NCBI GenBank assembly: GCA_002269645.1
Contig: NIVC01000387.1
Coordinates: 310,001-374,000, forward strand
From: Macrostomum lignano
Lineage: Eukaryota
Length of the DNA: 64,000 nucleotides
Direction: 5' to 3'
The notes below the pieces were generated by a model. It had not been told where the DNA came from and ran no database searches. It worked only from the letters and a program-made list of their open reading frames with translations. Both the position numbers and the translations under genes were made by a program. Below are positions 35,639 through 46,813 of the stretch, piece after piece; position 1 is the first letter of the stretch; each line of letters begins with the position of its first letter.

Positions 35639-37692
35639 AGCTCTCTTGAGCCAATCTCAGGCCGTTAGCGCTGAGCTGCCCTGCTCAGGTCTCCGTGCAG
35701 CCTCCCGATCCCCCCAGCAGAGCAAATGGGAGAGTTCAGTCCGAGACCACCCGGCAACTCTCCCGCAGTCCGTTGCTCACATTATCACCGACACTAAGCC
35801 GCGGCTGGCAGTCGTTGCTGGGCTGGCCAGCTTACAGAAGCAGCGATAATCCGGTAGGCTGAGGACCGATTGGCACGGACCCAACCCTGGGTATCAGTTT
35901 CCCCCAAGCTGCTCGAAGTCCACTCATTCGAATTCGAGATCACGCGCGATGTCGCAAGACCTTGTCATTCAGGTCTCAGCCATCAGCTGCAGGCCGAGAT
36001 CGCGGACTCACGCAGATCGAATGGTGCAGCCTTGGCGGCTCTAGATCCCGAAGCACTTGGGAGCAGCTGAGACTGAATCAGCCTCTTCAATGCCTTCCTC
36101 AGAAACCAAGTCGTGTCTGCGGGTTACATCGCGGATTTTGTAGGCCCCTCACCTGTCATAGCAAGCTAAAAATTTGTGAGCACCGGTGCAAGAACTGCTC
36201 AAATTCGACTAGTCACTGGCATGGCGCGCCAGGATTTTCTCTCCGGCAGTCGTGACGAATTTTATAATTCTCTGCCGTACTCAGGCATACAACACGATGG
36301 AACAACTGAGTTGGATGGCTGCACCTCGATTACGAAAATTGAATTTTGAATTTGCACTTTTTGGCAGTTTGCAGTTTGCTGCGAGTACATAGCACCAAAC
36401 CATTTGGCTGCGGTCGCACAGCTGCAAGCCTGACAGCGAGCTACTTGTTGCCGGCAAGCAAGCGCTGCTGCGGGCGAACTCGGACCATTCGTTGCATCGG
36501 ATTAGGGATTAGCAAAGCTCGCAGCGGCATTAGGACGGCGGTCATTTTGGAGTCCCAAGACAGTCGCACAGGCTGAGTGCCTCGCCTAGCCAGGCACTTT
36601 GGCGGCTTCGGCAAGAAGCCCCGGCCAAGCAGACTCGGAGGCGCCTCGGACAGGCATATTTGGCAGCTTCTTCGGAATTGAAGAGAGCTGGAGCATTCGG
36701 GACAGAGGCACAGAAATAGATGCCCAACCCATCGGCATCAATTAGCTCCGGTTGAGATTAGCCAAGTCGCATTATTTTCCTATGCGACTTGTGGAGCTGG
36801 CAAATACCTGCCATTTGCTTCGAAAAAGCACGGTCGATCTCAACATTGTAGGGAGTTGACAATGAGATTTCCAGTCAGACAAGGAGCCAATGTGAGAAAG
36901 ATGTCTATTAAAGTAAGTCCAGGTAAACCGGATGTCAAATAAAAGGGACTAAAATCGCCAGACAGGCACAAATTCGTCATACCAGAAGTGCAGCTGTGGA
37001 TGCAGATTCAGGAAGTCAATGAAGTGCAGCAGTGGTGACGCGGAACGGTCGGTTATTAAAGTGGCAGGCCATGTGAAATGGCAAAACGTTCGGCTGGACG
37101 CCGCTACAGAATATGTGTATATTGATATATCTTGCAACAAAGTGTTGCGAAACATAATACATGTAAATACTAACGATTGTGAATCAAGAGTCGGAATTCA
37201 CTGTTGCACATATAATTTGAGCTTAGTTTCAGTAGAAAGCATCATCTAAATTGATTATACTGCTATTTTATAGTAGAAAAATGGAAGAATGCAATAATTT
37301 TCATTGCGTAAGAGCTGGTGTTCGAATAAAATGAATGGAGAAGAGAATAGGGCTAGGCCCGAATTCAGGTGACGCAGTCAGTCTATAGATGCAGTATCAT
37401 AGTGCTTGTATAAAAAATCAATGCTTTTGCTTGTAACAAATCTGAACCTTATGAAAGACACAAAATTTGCTAGTGGTTGGCTCACGATAGTACTGTAAGT
37501 AGTTATTATAGTAGTCGTAGACAAATCGGGAGCTGATTTTAAAGAATGTGCTTTCCAATAATTTAGCCCTACAGACAGAGTACGGAGTGAACTTCTAGTT
37601 AGAAAGTACGAAAAACTCTAAACGGACGCCCAATTGAAAGTAGTGTATAACTAACTAATGGAGTGGCATATCTTTGTGCTTCAGTATCTGCG

Positions 37693-38133
37693 TTAACCAC
37701 TGAGTTGCTCAGTCTTGCCCGGCAGCTCCTCGTTGTGGAAGATTCTGTGCTGGAAGGTCACCGAATCCAACTGCTGCCATCGCTGCTTCCGGCGCCGGTG
37801 CCAGGCTAGCAGCAAGCCGCCCAGCAGCAGCAGCAGCGCCAGGCCGGTCAGCAACAGCACAGCAACGGCCACCTCTCGGAGCCAGGCGTCACCGCGGCCG
37901 CCAGCCAGCAGAGCGGAGCCGCGGCTCTCACAACGCTGGCCGACAAACGGCGCCAAGCAGCTGCAGCGGTTGCAGACGGCATTCAAGCCGCTGCCGGTGC
38001 ACTGCGCGCAAACGCCGTCATTGAAGCAGTAGCGAATGCACGCCTTGGACAGGGCCTTGAATGGCGATTGGAGGCAATGCAATTCCGGCTGCACTTCAGC
38101 TTTGCTAGACAGACTCAGGCTCAGGTCGAGATT
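37693..38133 (-). CDS. Exon encoding an EGF-like domain, TM helix and short cytoplasmic tail (LRP1 C-terminus-like or EGF ligand); 5' end unresolved
   Basis: CIRYCFNDGVC..CSCLAPFVGQRCE, hydrophobic VAVAVLLLTGLALLLLLGGLLLAW and stop-transfer HRRRK. Candidate acceptor TCTAG| at 38134-38136. Confidence 0.7.
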   Translation of the reverse strand, partial: NLDLSLSLSSKAEVQPELHCLQSPFKALSKACIRYCFNDGVCAQCTGSGLNAVCNRCSCLAPFVGQRCESRGSALLAGGRGDAWLREVAVAVLLLTGLALLLLLGGLLLAWHRRRKQRWQQLDSVTFQHRIFHNEELPGKTEQLSG

Positions 38134-38941
38134 CTAGACACCGACGCAAAAGTTCCCGAAGACATTTTCCCGAGTGGAAACACTTCACTGGGTATTTACG
38201 TATTGAGGCAGGGGACATCTAATTCTACTAGGACAAGCTAGCCAAAACTGAATAGTGTATTACCCTGAATACCCCTGAAAACTGAATACCCCTGCTAAGC
38301 ACTGTTAAAACAGCTGAGCCTTGCAATGCCGTCACCGATTTGCACCTGTGCTAAGGCCAAGTACACTTGCTGCAGTGCACACAGTGCAGTACAGCGCAGC
38401 ACCGGTCAAAGTTCGAATCCGCTGGTCTAACGGCGCCACACCCCGCGCAGAGACAAGAAACAAAATTTCTAAGCAACGGCATTGAAGTGAAAGATTTCTT
38501 ATCTGCCTGAGAAACTGCCTGATAAAAACAGCAAAATTAAAAAGAACGCCAACACATTAAGCTTACTGCTTAACTCATCAGAATGTATTTAAGAATTCAA
38601 ATGTGTGCTTTAGAATTTAACAAAGCAACTCGTGGAAAAGTGGCAATTTAAAAAAAGTTGATGAATCAAAAAACGCATTTATGTAACCAATAAGAATATT
38701 AAAAATGAGGGCGAGCAAATCACTCTTCAAATCTGTTTCAGGCTGTCATTCGTCCGAGAAGATGATGTAATCAGGGTCTAATGGGCTGCAGCAAACATGC
38801 GCCAACTTCGCAACAATTAGGCTGGGCATCCCCCGCCCGCATGGGCAAACTGTACCACCTGTCTGCGAACTTAAAAATTGAAAGAAATGGTTCGGTTGTC
38901 TCTCAGAATTGGCGTGGGGTCGCAGCTTCAGGCTTTGCTGC

Positions 38942-41900
38942 TCACAGCTTGGCCTTGAGCTCGCCAACCCGCGACTGGAACTCGCGCAGCTTCATGGCCA
39001 GCCCCATGTTGCCCTGCATCTTGAGCTTGCCGCTGAAGAACGCCTGCTGCGGATTGAGCTTGCCGAGCATCAGCTGCACCAGGTCCTGGTCCGAGATCGT
39101 GATGGTCACGTCAGCCTTGCCTGCGGGGTTGGGGATCGGGCGGTAGTGGGCTGTGACGAATTCGCTGCCCAAACCACCGCTTCCTGTGCGGCCAGAGCGC
39201 GCATCGGTTATGATTGTTAGCAGAGCACTAACCATCTTTAGTATATGGACTAGCAATCTAGTGCCCCCCTTCGGGGCGGCCAATAAGCAAGGGACGAAAA
39301 ATATTTATGTGAATCCTTTAAAATGAAAGTACATTTTCTTAAAGGCATTTATTCTTCAGTTTCATAAATCACCTAAATAACATCTTAATCAAGTAAAATT
39401 TTCAGGGACAAAGATTTAGGGAGCCAACAAATGGAATATTTTTTTGGATAAACTACGAGCTACATGTAGCTTCTGACCTCTCAGCCTTGACATCTCAGCA
39501 ATCCCCCATAAGCCTTGACATCTCAGCAATTCCCCCATAAGCCTTGACATCTCAGCAATTCCCCCATAAGCCTTGACATCTCAGCAATTCCCCTATAAGC
39601 CTTGACACCTCAGCAATTCCCCCATAAGCCTTGACATCTCAGCAATTCTCCCATAAGCCTTGACATCTCAGCAATTCTCCCATAAGCCTTGACACCTCAG
39701 CAATTCCCCCATAAGCCTTGACACCTCAGCAATTCCCCCATAAGCCTTGACACCTCAGCAATTCCCCCATAATCCTTGACACCTCAGCAATTCCCCCATA
39801 ATCCTTGACACCTCAGCAATTCCCCCATAAGCCTTGACATCTCAGCAATTCTCCCCGCATCGCAGAAGGGTGAGCTCGAACTCAGCTTAATTGACCACTC
39901 GCTCAATGTGACTGCCTTGAGGGGAGACGCAAGAGTACGAGTATTCAGCTGCGTACTAACCATGCACAGTCCAGACTTGCAGCGCTCAAGAGGGGGTTGT
40001 GGTCTTCAAGAGCCGGTGGACTATTCATAGCCTACTGCCTACTGGACCTCCTCGAGACTTCACAGCAAAAAACAGCCGCAGCAGCCTGCGCTCACCTTGT
40101 CCGTTGAACTCCACCTTGCCGCGCCCGTTCTTGCAGTCCACCAGCCACAGGCCGACTTTGCCGCCTGGCCCGCCGGTCACCTTGAAAGCGAACACACCGT
40201 TCACCTTCTTCACAATCTGCTCGCCCTCCGTCTCCAGGCCCTGCCCGATGATGCGGAAAATCTTGGCGCTCTGGAACTCGTCCTTGGAGTCTCCGGCGCT
40301 GACGCCAGCGACACTGGCAGCGGTGACCGCCGCCTCCGGGAAGCCGAGCTGGTAGGCGGCCACCACCACGGCGCCGCCAAGGCCGATGTTGTGCTGCAGG
40401 GCGCGCCGGCAGCCGGGAACCTGGCGCGGCCCGGCCAGCCCGCGCAGCTGCCAGCAGAGCTCGGTGCACTGCGCCAGGCCGGTGGCGCCCAGCGGGTGGC
40501 CCTTGGAGATCAGGCCGCCCGATGGGTTCACCACGAACTTGCCACCGTAGGTGTTGTCGCCACGATCGACCAGCTCGCCAGCTTTGCCTGGGAATGCAGG
40601 ATTTGATGAGTAAGGAATTAAGATTGAGACTTCTGGCGACTGAGTGGCTTAGGAGAGATTCTCATGTGACACATGGGAGATTCTCATGTGGCATATGGGA
40701 GATTCTCATGTGGCAATTGGGAGATTCTCATGTGACACATGGGAGATTCTCATGTAGCATAAGGGAGATTCTCATGTGGCTTAAGGGAGATTCTCATGTG
40801 GCTTAAGGGAGATTCTCATGTGGCATATGGGAGATTGTTATACGGCTTAGAGTGTTGATTCCTGTTCTGGAGCCGGGACGCCACTCAGGCACTGCTCACC
40901 TGGTGGGCAGAGCCCCAGCGCCTCGTAGGTGAGCAGCTCGTTAGCAGAGAAGCAGTCGTGCAGCTCAACCACCTGGAATTGGTCCGGTCGCAGGCCGGTC
41001 TTGGCGTAGACGGCCTGAGCAGCCCGGCTAGTCATGTCGTAGCCGACCATCTTGATGGCCGACTTGTCGTTGAACACCGAGGGCAGGTCGGTGGCCATCT
41101 CGACGGCCAGTAGCTCCACGGCCTGGGCCTAATAGGCCAGTCAGGATGGCGAGGATAATGAGCTCATTGCTCATGGAATAAAGCAGGATCGATCTGAAAT
41201 CCCATGTACCCAATCTGAAAACCCAGGTACCCAATCTGAAATCCCAGGTACCCAATCTGAAAACCCAGGTACCCAATCTGAAATACCAGGTACCCAATCT
41301 GAAATCCCAGGTACCTAATCTGAAATCCCAGGTACCCAATCTGAAATCTCATGTACCCAATCTGAAAACCCAGGTACCCAATCTGAAATCCCAGGTACCC
41401 AATCTGAAATCCCAGGTACCCAATCTGAAATACCAGGTACCCAATCTGAAATCTCATGTACCTAGTCTGAAATCCCAGGTACCCAATCTGAATCCCAGGT
41501 ACCCGTTCTGAAATCCCAATTAATCCCAGTGATCCCAAGTCCCAAAGACCTAATAAAAATTCGATGGATAATTATCCATTCAGTCAGGGAAAGCAGTCTG
41601 ACTGCAATTCAGAGCCATCCCACTCTCCAGGTGACCATTGGCATGATTCAACGCCAGCAAAGGCGGCTCACCTGCAGTCCGTGGCGCAGCACGAACTCCT
41701 CGCTGGCCAGCACGGCGGCGGCGGCGCCGTCGGAGGTCGGGCAGCACTGCAGCTTGGTCAGGGGCGCGTAGATCGGCTGCGAGCTGAGGATCTCCTGTAC
41801 CGAATAGACGTCAGTGAACTGCGAGTTCGGATTGTTGGCGGAGTGCCGGTGGTTCTTGGCTGCGATTTTGGCGAAGTGCTCCGGCGTGGTGCCGTACATC

Positions 41901-44900
41901 TTCATGTGCTCGCGGCCGGCCGCGCCAAACATCTGCGCCGCAATTGGCGCCGCCTCCAGGCCGTGCCGCTCGGCAAGGACCTGTGGGGAAGTTCGAAGAA
42001 TCGAAGTACTTTGTTTAATAAAAACTAGGGTAACTTTTAATGAACAGGTTAATTAAGAAAGGTTAGTGAGCAAGAAGGGAGAACGGGAAGAGCAGAGACT
42101 GAGTTCACTGAGGACAAGGGAGAGGACAGGGAGAGCAGAGACTGAGGACACTGAGGACAAGGGAGAGGACAGGGAGAGCAGAGGCTGAGGACACTGAGGA
42201 CAAGGGAGAGGACAGGGAGAGCAGAGGCTGAGTTCACTGAGGACAAGGGAGAGGACAGGGAGAGCAGAGGCTGAGTTCACAGAGGACAAGGGAGAGGACA
42301 GGGAGAGCAGAGACTGAGTTCACAGAGGACAAGGGAGAGGACAGGGAGAGCAGAGGCTGAGGACACTGAGGACAAGGGAGAGGACAGGGAGAGCAGAGGC
42401 TGAGGACAGGGGAGAGGACAGGGAGAGCAGAGGCTGAGGACACTGAGGACAAGGGAGAGGACAGGGAGAGCAGAGGCTGAGGACACTGAGGACAAGGGAG
42501 AGGACAGGGAGAGCAGAGGCTGAGGACAGGGGAGAGGACAGGGAGAGCAGAGGCTGAGGACACTGAGGACAAGGGAGAGGACAGGGAGAGCAGAGGCTGA
42601 GGACACGGAGTAAGAATGGAGAGGACAGAGGCGAGTCCCAGGCAGGTCAAATCGCAAGCCCCAACCTCAACGTGACGTTCGAGCGGCGAGGCCCGGTCGC
42701 TGAAGGTCTGGCCAAGGGAGCCGCGCTGCATCTTCTCGAATCCGAGCGCCAGCACGCAGGCGGCCCGGCCGCCGCGGACCAACTCGGCAGCCAAGTACAG
42801 AGCAGTGGAGCCGGTCGAACAGTTATTGTTGACATTGACAACCGGGATGCCAGTCAGGCCGATCTGGTACAGGGCCCGCTGGCCGCAGGTGCTGTCGCCA
42901 TAGACATAGCCGCAGACGGCCTGCTGCACAGAAGCATAGCCCAGCCTGGCATCAGTGAGCGCCTTGTCCACTGCCTCCTTGGCCATGTCTGGGTAGTCAA
43001 AGTTCTCCCGGCGCCCTGGCTTCTCAAACTGTGACAGGGAGTGGTTGGTTGGATGCATTAAATACTCTTCATTGTTTAGGTTAAATTTGCTTGTTAAGGT
43101 TATGCCTTTTCGATCCCATCTGTTTAGGATTTAAGGCATGACCTTTTAATGTCCAGAAATGGACACTTATTAAAGTGTATTAAAATATTAAAATGGACTT
43201 AAACTTATTCAAATGGACACTCTTGATTTTTGAATGGCTAAATAAGGGTTTTATAGTATTTTTGTTCACAATTAGGTAAAATTTGCTAAAATTCTAATCA
43301 AAAAATTCATTCCAACTTTGAATAACTATTACTTCAAGTTACTTTTAGCCTTTGCCTTAAAACTTTAATCCATAAGATTACAAGGAGGTTAAGTTATAAC
43401 CACTCAAAAAAGATGTTTTTGGTGGAAAAATGTTATGCACATGATACTAGATACTCATGATATATGCATTTTTTTGTTGTAGTTTTTTGTTTGCAAAAAA
43501 GCCAATTGCTAAATTACTTCTATGGAAAAAAATTATACTATTTAAATATATTTAATGAAATTTCAGTTCAATAAAGTTTGTCTTCATTTTTTCAGATTAA
43601 TTTTAAAAACAAAAATTCATATACTGTAATAGTTATACACAATGAAATATAAAGCAAAGTTTTTCATCATGAAAGCAAAAATGATTGATTAAGATAATAT
43701 GTACTTGAATATTAAAGTAAAATGCACCATTTGTGTGCTGAGAATTATTGTGGGTTGTTTGAAAGGTGTTTATAATATTAGGCATATAATAATAGTTTAT
43801 GATAGGCCTAATTTTGTTGAAAATATTTTTTTTGTGTTTTAAATGCTATAAAAATTTCAAAAATGACTTTTCATAGTTCTTTTTTTGATAAATATAGTTG
43901 TTATTGTCTTCTTTGATATGAGCAATCTATTTAAATAATATTTAGTGCAAAAAGCACTATGAGAAAAATAAAATAAAAAAGGTTACAAAATATATCAGTT
44001 TTATTGCCAGTAGTTTGTCTTTTTATCTCTTTTATATCAAAAATGGAACTGCACATTAGTTTTGCAGAATGACAAATTCTATTTAATTCACTATACATTT
44101 GGCTAGGGAATATATCATAGCATATGAATGCAAGACTGCTTTAAATTCTTTTTGACATTCTCTAATTTTTAATGACTAATCCAATGTATTTTAACCACAG
44201 GTCAGTTGGGAAGTCTGCACATAAACTTTGTATATAGATATATATAAATATACATATATATATAGACTTTGAAACAATTCATATTGAAAAAGAAATGTTA
44301 CAAATAAACAAAAAAATAAAATCATAGACACCAAAGTAAAAATGAAAAGTTACAAAAAACGTTTATTGCCAATATACAATGGTAAAAAAATATATAGGCC
44401 TTTATAAAAATTCTAAGTTTCTAAAAAAGTTATGTATTATCTCTAGAATGTATTTTGTTAAAACACTGCTTAAAAGTTAAAAAGAAAAAACCACAAAAAA
44501 GCATTTTAAAAGTCCAAGTTAACTGATTTGCAATTTTTTGTTTCACTTTTTTCAATAATAAACAATTAATTTTAAAACTTGTAGGCCTTAGAGGCTAATT
44601 TTTTTGCTACTTACAAAACAAAAAGTAATCTGTGTTTTACTTTTTATTTTATTTAAAAATATGAAGTATTTCTAAATATTTCAAAGTTTTTCTAAAACCA
44701 CATAAACTTGCAAAAATTCATACTAATTTAAAGTGCAAAGTTTGCTAGTGAACATCTTTTTCTAAAAGTAAATATACCACTAATTCCTTGTTGCAAAATA
44801 ATCTTTAAGTTGTTTTCTTTCATTTAAATATCAATTTGCATAGTATTAGTATTTGTAATATGCCTATAATTTAGACTTAACAATGAAATTACACTAAAAC

Positions 44901-45736
44901 ATGTATCACTGCGGCATGTATGCAGGAAAATAGAATTTTCCAAATCGCTTTGGTAGAAGCTGAGTAAAATGCAATTTTCCAATCCTTATGGGAATTTGTA
45001 TACTTAAATAATAAACTTACATTGAATACAATTTATTGCAAACAAACTCTACAAAATACACGTCAAGAGTAACAAAAGTGATAAACAAGTAAACCCTTAA
45101 AAATAATGTTAAATAAGTTGTAGAATTATAGAGTATAACATTATAAGATACTTAAAGTTGATAAAATACATTATTATAGCTTTTCTATTATTTTTATAAG
45201 AGTCATTTTAGGTCGTAATTAAACTTACTGTTTTAAAAAATCATTTTAATAAAAATAAAGCTATATGTAAATAATTTGTGCATTTATAGACTTCTTTACT
45301 TTTTTAAAACTTACATAAATTTATTTTATAGCTTTATCACTTTCAAATTGCCAAAAAACAATTTTTTATAAAACTTGCCCCTGATTTCTGGATTTCGCCA
45401 TATAGGCCAAATTTAAAGCCAAGTTCCAACATGAAAGAGAATTAAAATAAAAATCCTTAGTGTTTACTGTTCATTTATTTTTTCCACAGGTGCACATATT
45501 AAATCAATTATTATGCTGCAGTTAAAATAATTTTATGGGTTTCTATTTGGCTTTTAGGTCTTGGAAAGGCTAAAATTTTCTTCAGACATAAGCTCATCAT
45601 GATCCACACTATGGGTGACATATGACCTCGAAAGAAAAAGAAAAGAAATGTTTACAAAACGGTTTTTCAGCCTAGCCCTAGGGCTTACCTTGGTCATTCC
45701 AACACCAATCACATACACGCGCGGTGATGCATTCAT
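38942..45736 (-). CDS. SCP2: Sterol carrier protein X / SCP2 (peroxisomal thiolase + SCP2 domain), about 539 aa, 6 exons
   Basis: Exons 45736-45689, 43028-42666, 41980-41672, 41128-40900, 40587-40096, 39120-38942. Motifs [69 protein letters not shown], and C-terminal PTS1 AKL. Confidence 0.97.
39483..39855. repeat. 29-bp minisatellite (AGCCTTGACATCTCAGCAATTCCCCCATA)n, about 13 copies, SCP2 intron 5
   Basis: Tandem array. Confidence 0.95.
40655..40835. repeat. 22-bp minisatellite (GGGAGATTCTCATGTGGCATAT-like), about 8 copies, SCP2 intron 4
   Basis: Tandem array. Confidence 0.92.
41190..41520. repeat. 21-bp minisatellite (AATCTGAAATCCCAGGTACCC)n, about 15 copies, SCP2 intron 3
   Basis: Tandem array. 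Confidence 0.93.
42075..42605. repeat. 34/43-bp purine-rich minisatellite (GAGGACACTGAGGACAAGGGAGAGGACAGGGAGAGCAGAGGCT)n, SCP2 intron 2
   Basis: Tandem array. Confidence 0.93.
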
Positions 45737-46813
45737 TTTTATAGAAGTGTTTAGAATCTTAGTTTTATTCAAATCAGAGATAAACGGTGAATCGTGCGGA
45801 AGAATCGCTGCTGTAAGAACCCAGTCTGTTGAAGCTTTACAGTATGCTTTATGATGTGGTGGCGGCGTGTGAGTGACGTCGATCTGAGTTGAGTGGTTTA
45901 GTCAAATTCAAATACTTTTCGATGAAACAGTTATGAAAGAATAACAATTGAGGGTAAATTTAATTCTTGGTCGGTTCAAAATTAGCCTAGATTTGCATTT
46001 CCACATAGTTAATAAAAATACTTCCATATACTAAAATTTTCACTAAATATCGTTTTATTTAACGACGAAACCAAGATAGTTCATTCATTTGTAACGCAAT
46101 AAATCGTTCTGCTTGCCCTTCGCCCCTGCCAGTTAAGGCTTGAGATGGATATCTCGATTACGAGGAACACTTTGAACCAGTTAATATTTTCCTCGAATCG
46201 CCACGAAGCTCTGATTTCACGAACCTTTTTACAAAACTACGAAAGTGCAAGTCATCCGATTTAGTTTCGATTCAGCTGAAAATAGTATATAATGTACTAA
46301 TTAGCTTTTGTTGCTGATGTTGATCCCTACATAATTGCTGACATGTATTGACTTCAAGGACATGATATGATACAAGCTCAGTAGTATAAATGACTTTACT
46401 CTCACCCAAATAATAAAAGCGAAGAACTTTATCATTAAATTTGTAAGGTAAAAAGCAGCACATTTAAAAAAATCGACGAGATTCTGTTGGAAATGTAATA
46501 ATCAGCTAACTATCTGAAAGTTTGATCTATTTCAAATAAATTTCTGCATGAAGTTCATCTATCAAAATTGATTATGTCATGGTAAAATAATAATACTTGG
46601 CATCATTATTAACAAAACATACAAAAAGACGAAAAGGGGTATTTGAAATATAGCGTTACAGCAATTGCAAACACGATGATTTAGTAAACAGTGACTAACA
46701 TACGCTCGTACTAACAATAACTGGGACATCACTGGGAAAGAATAAAGTCAAAGTTGTCGTCGGGCCATACAGACATAAAAGCAATGAAACTAGCGAGATT
46801 GATCATCAGTCAG

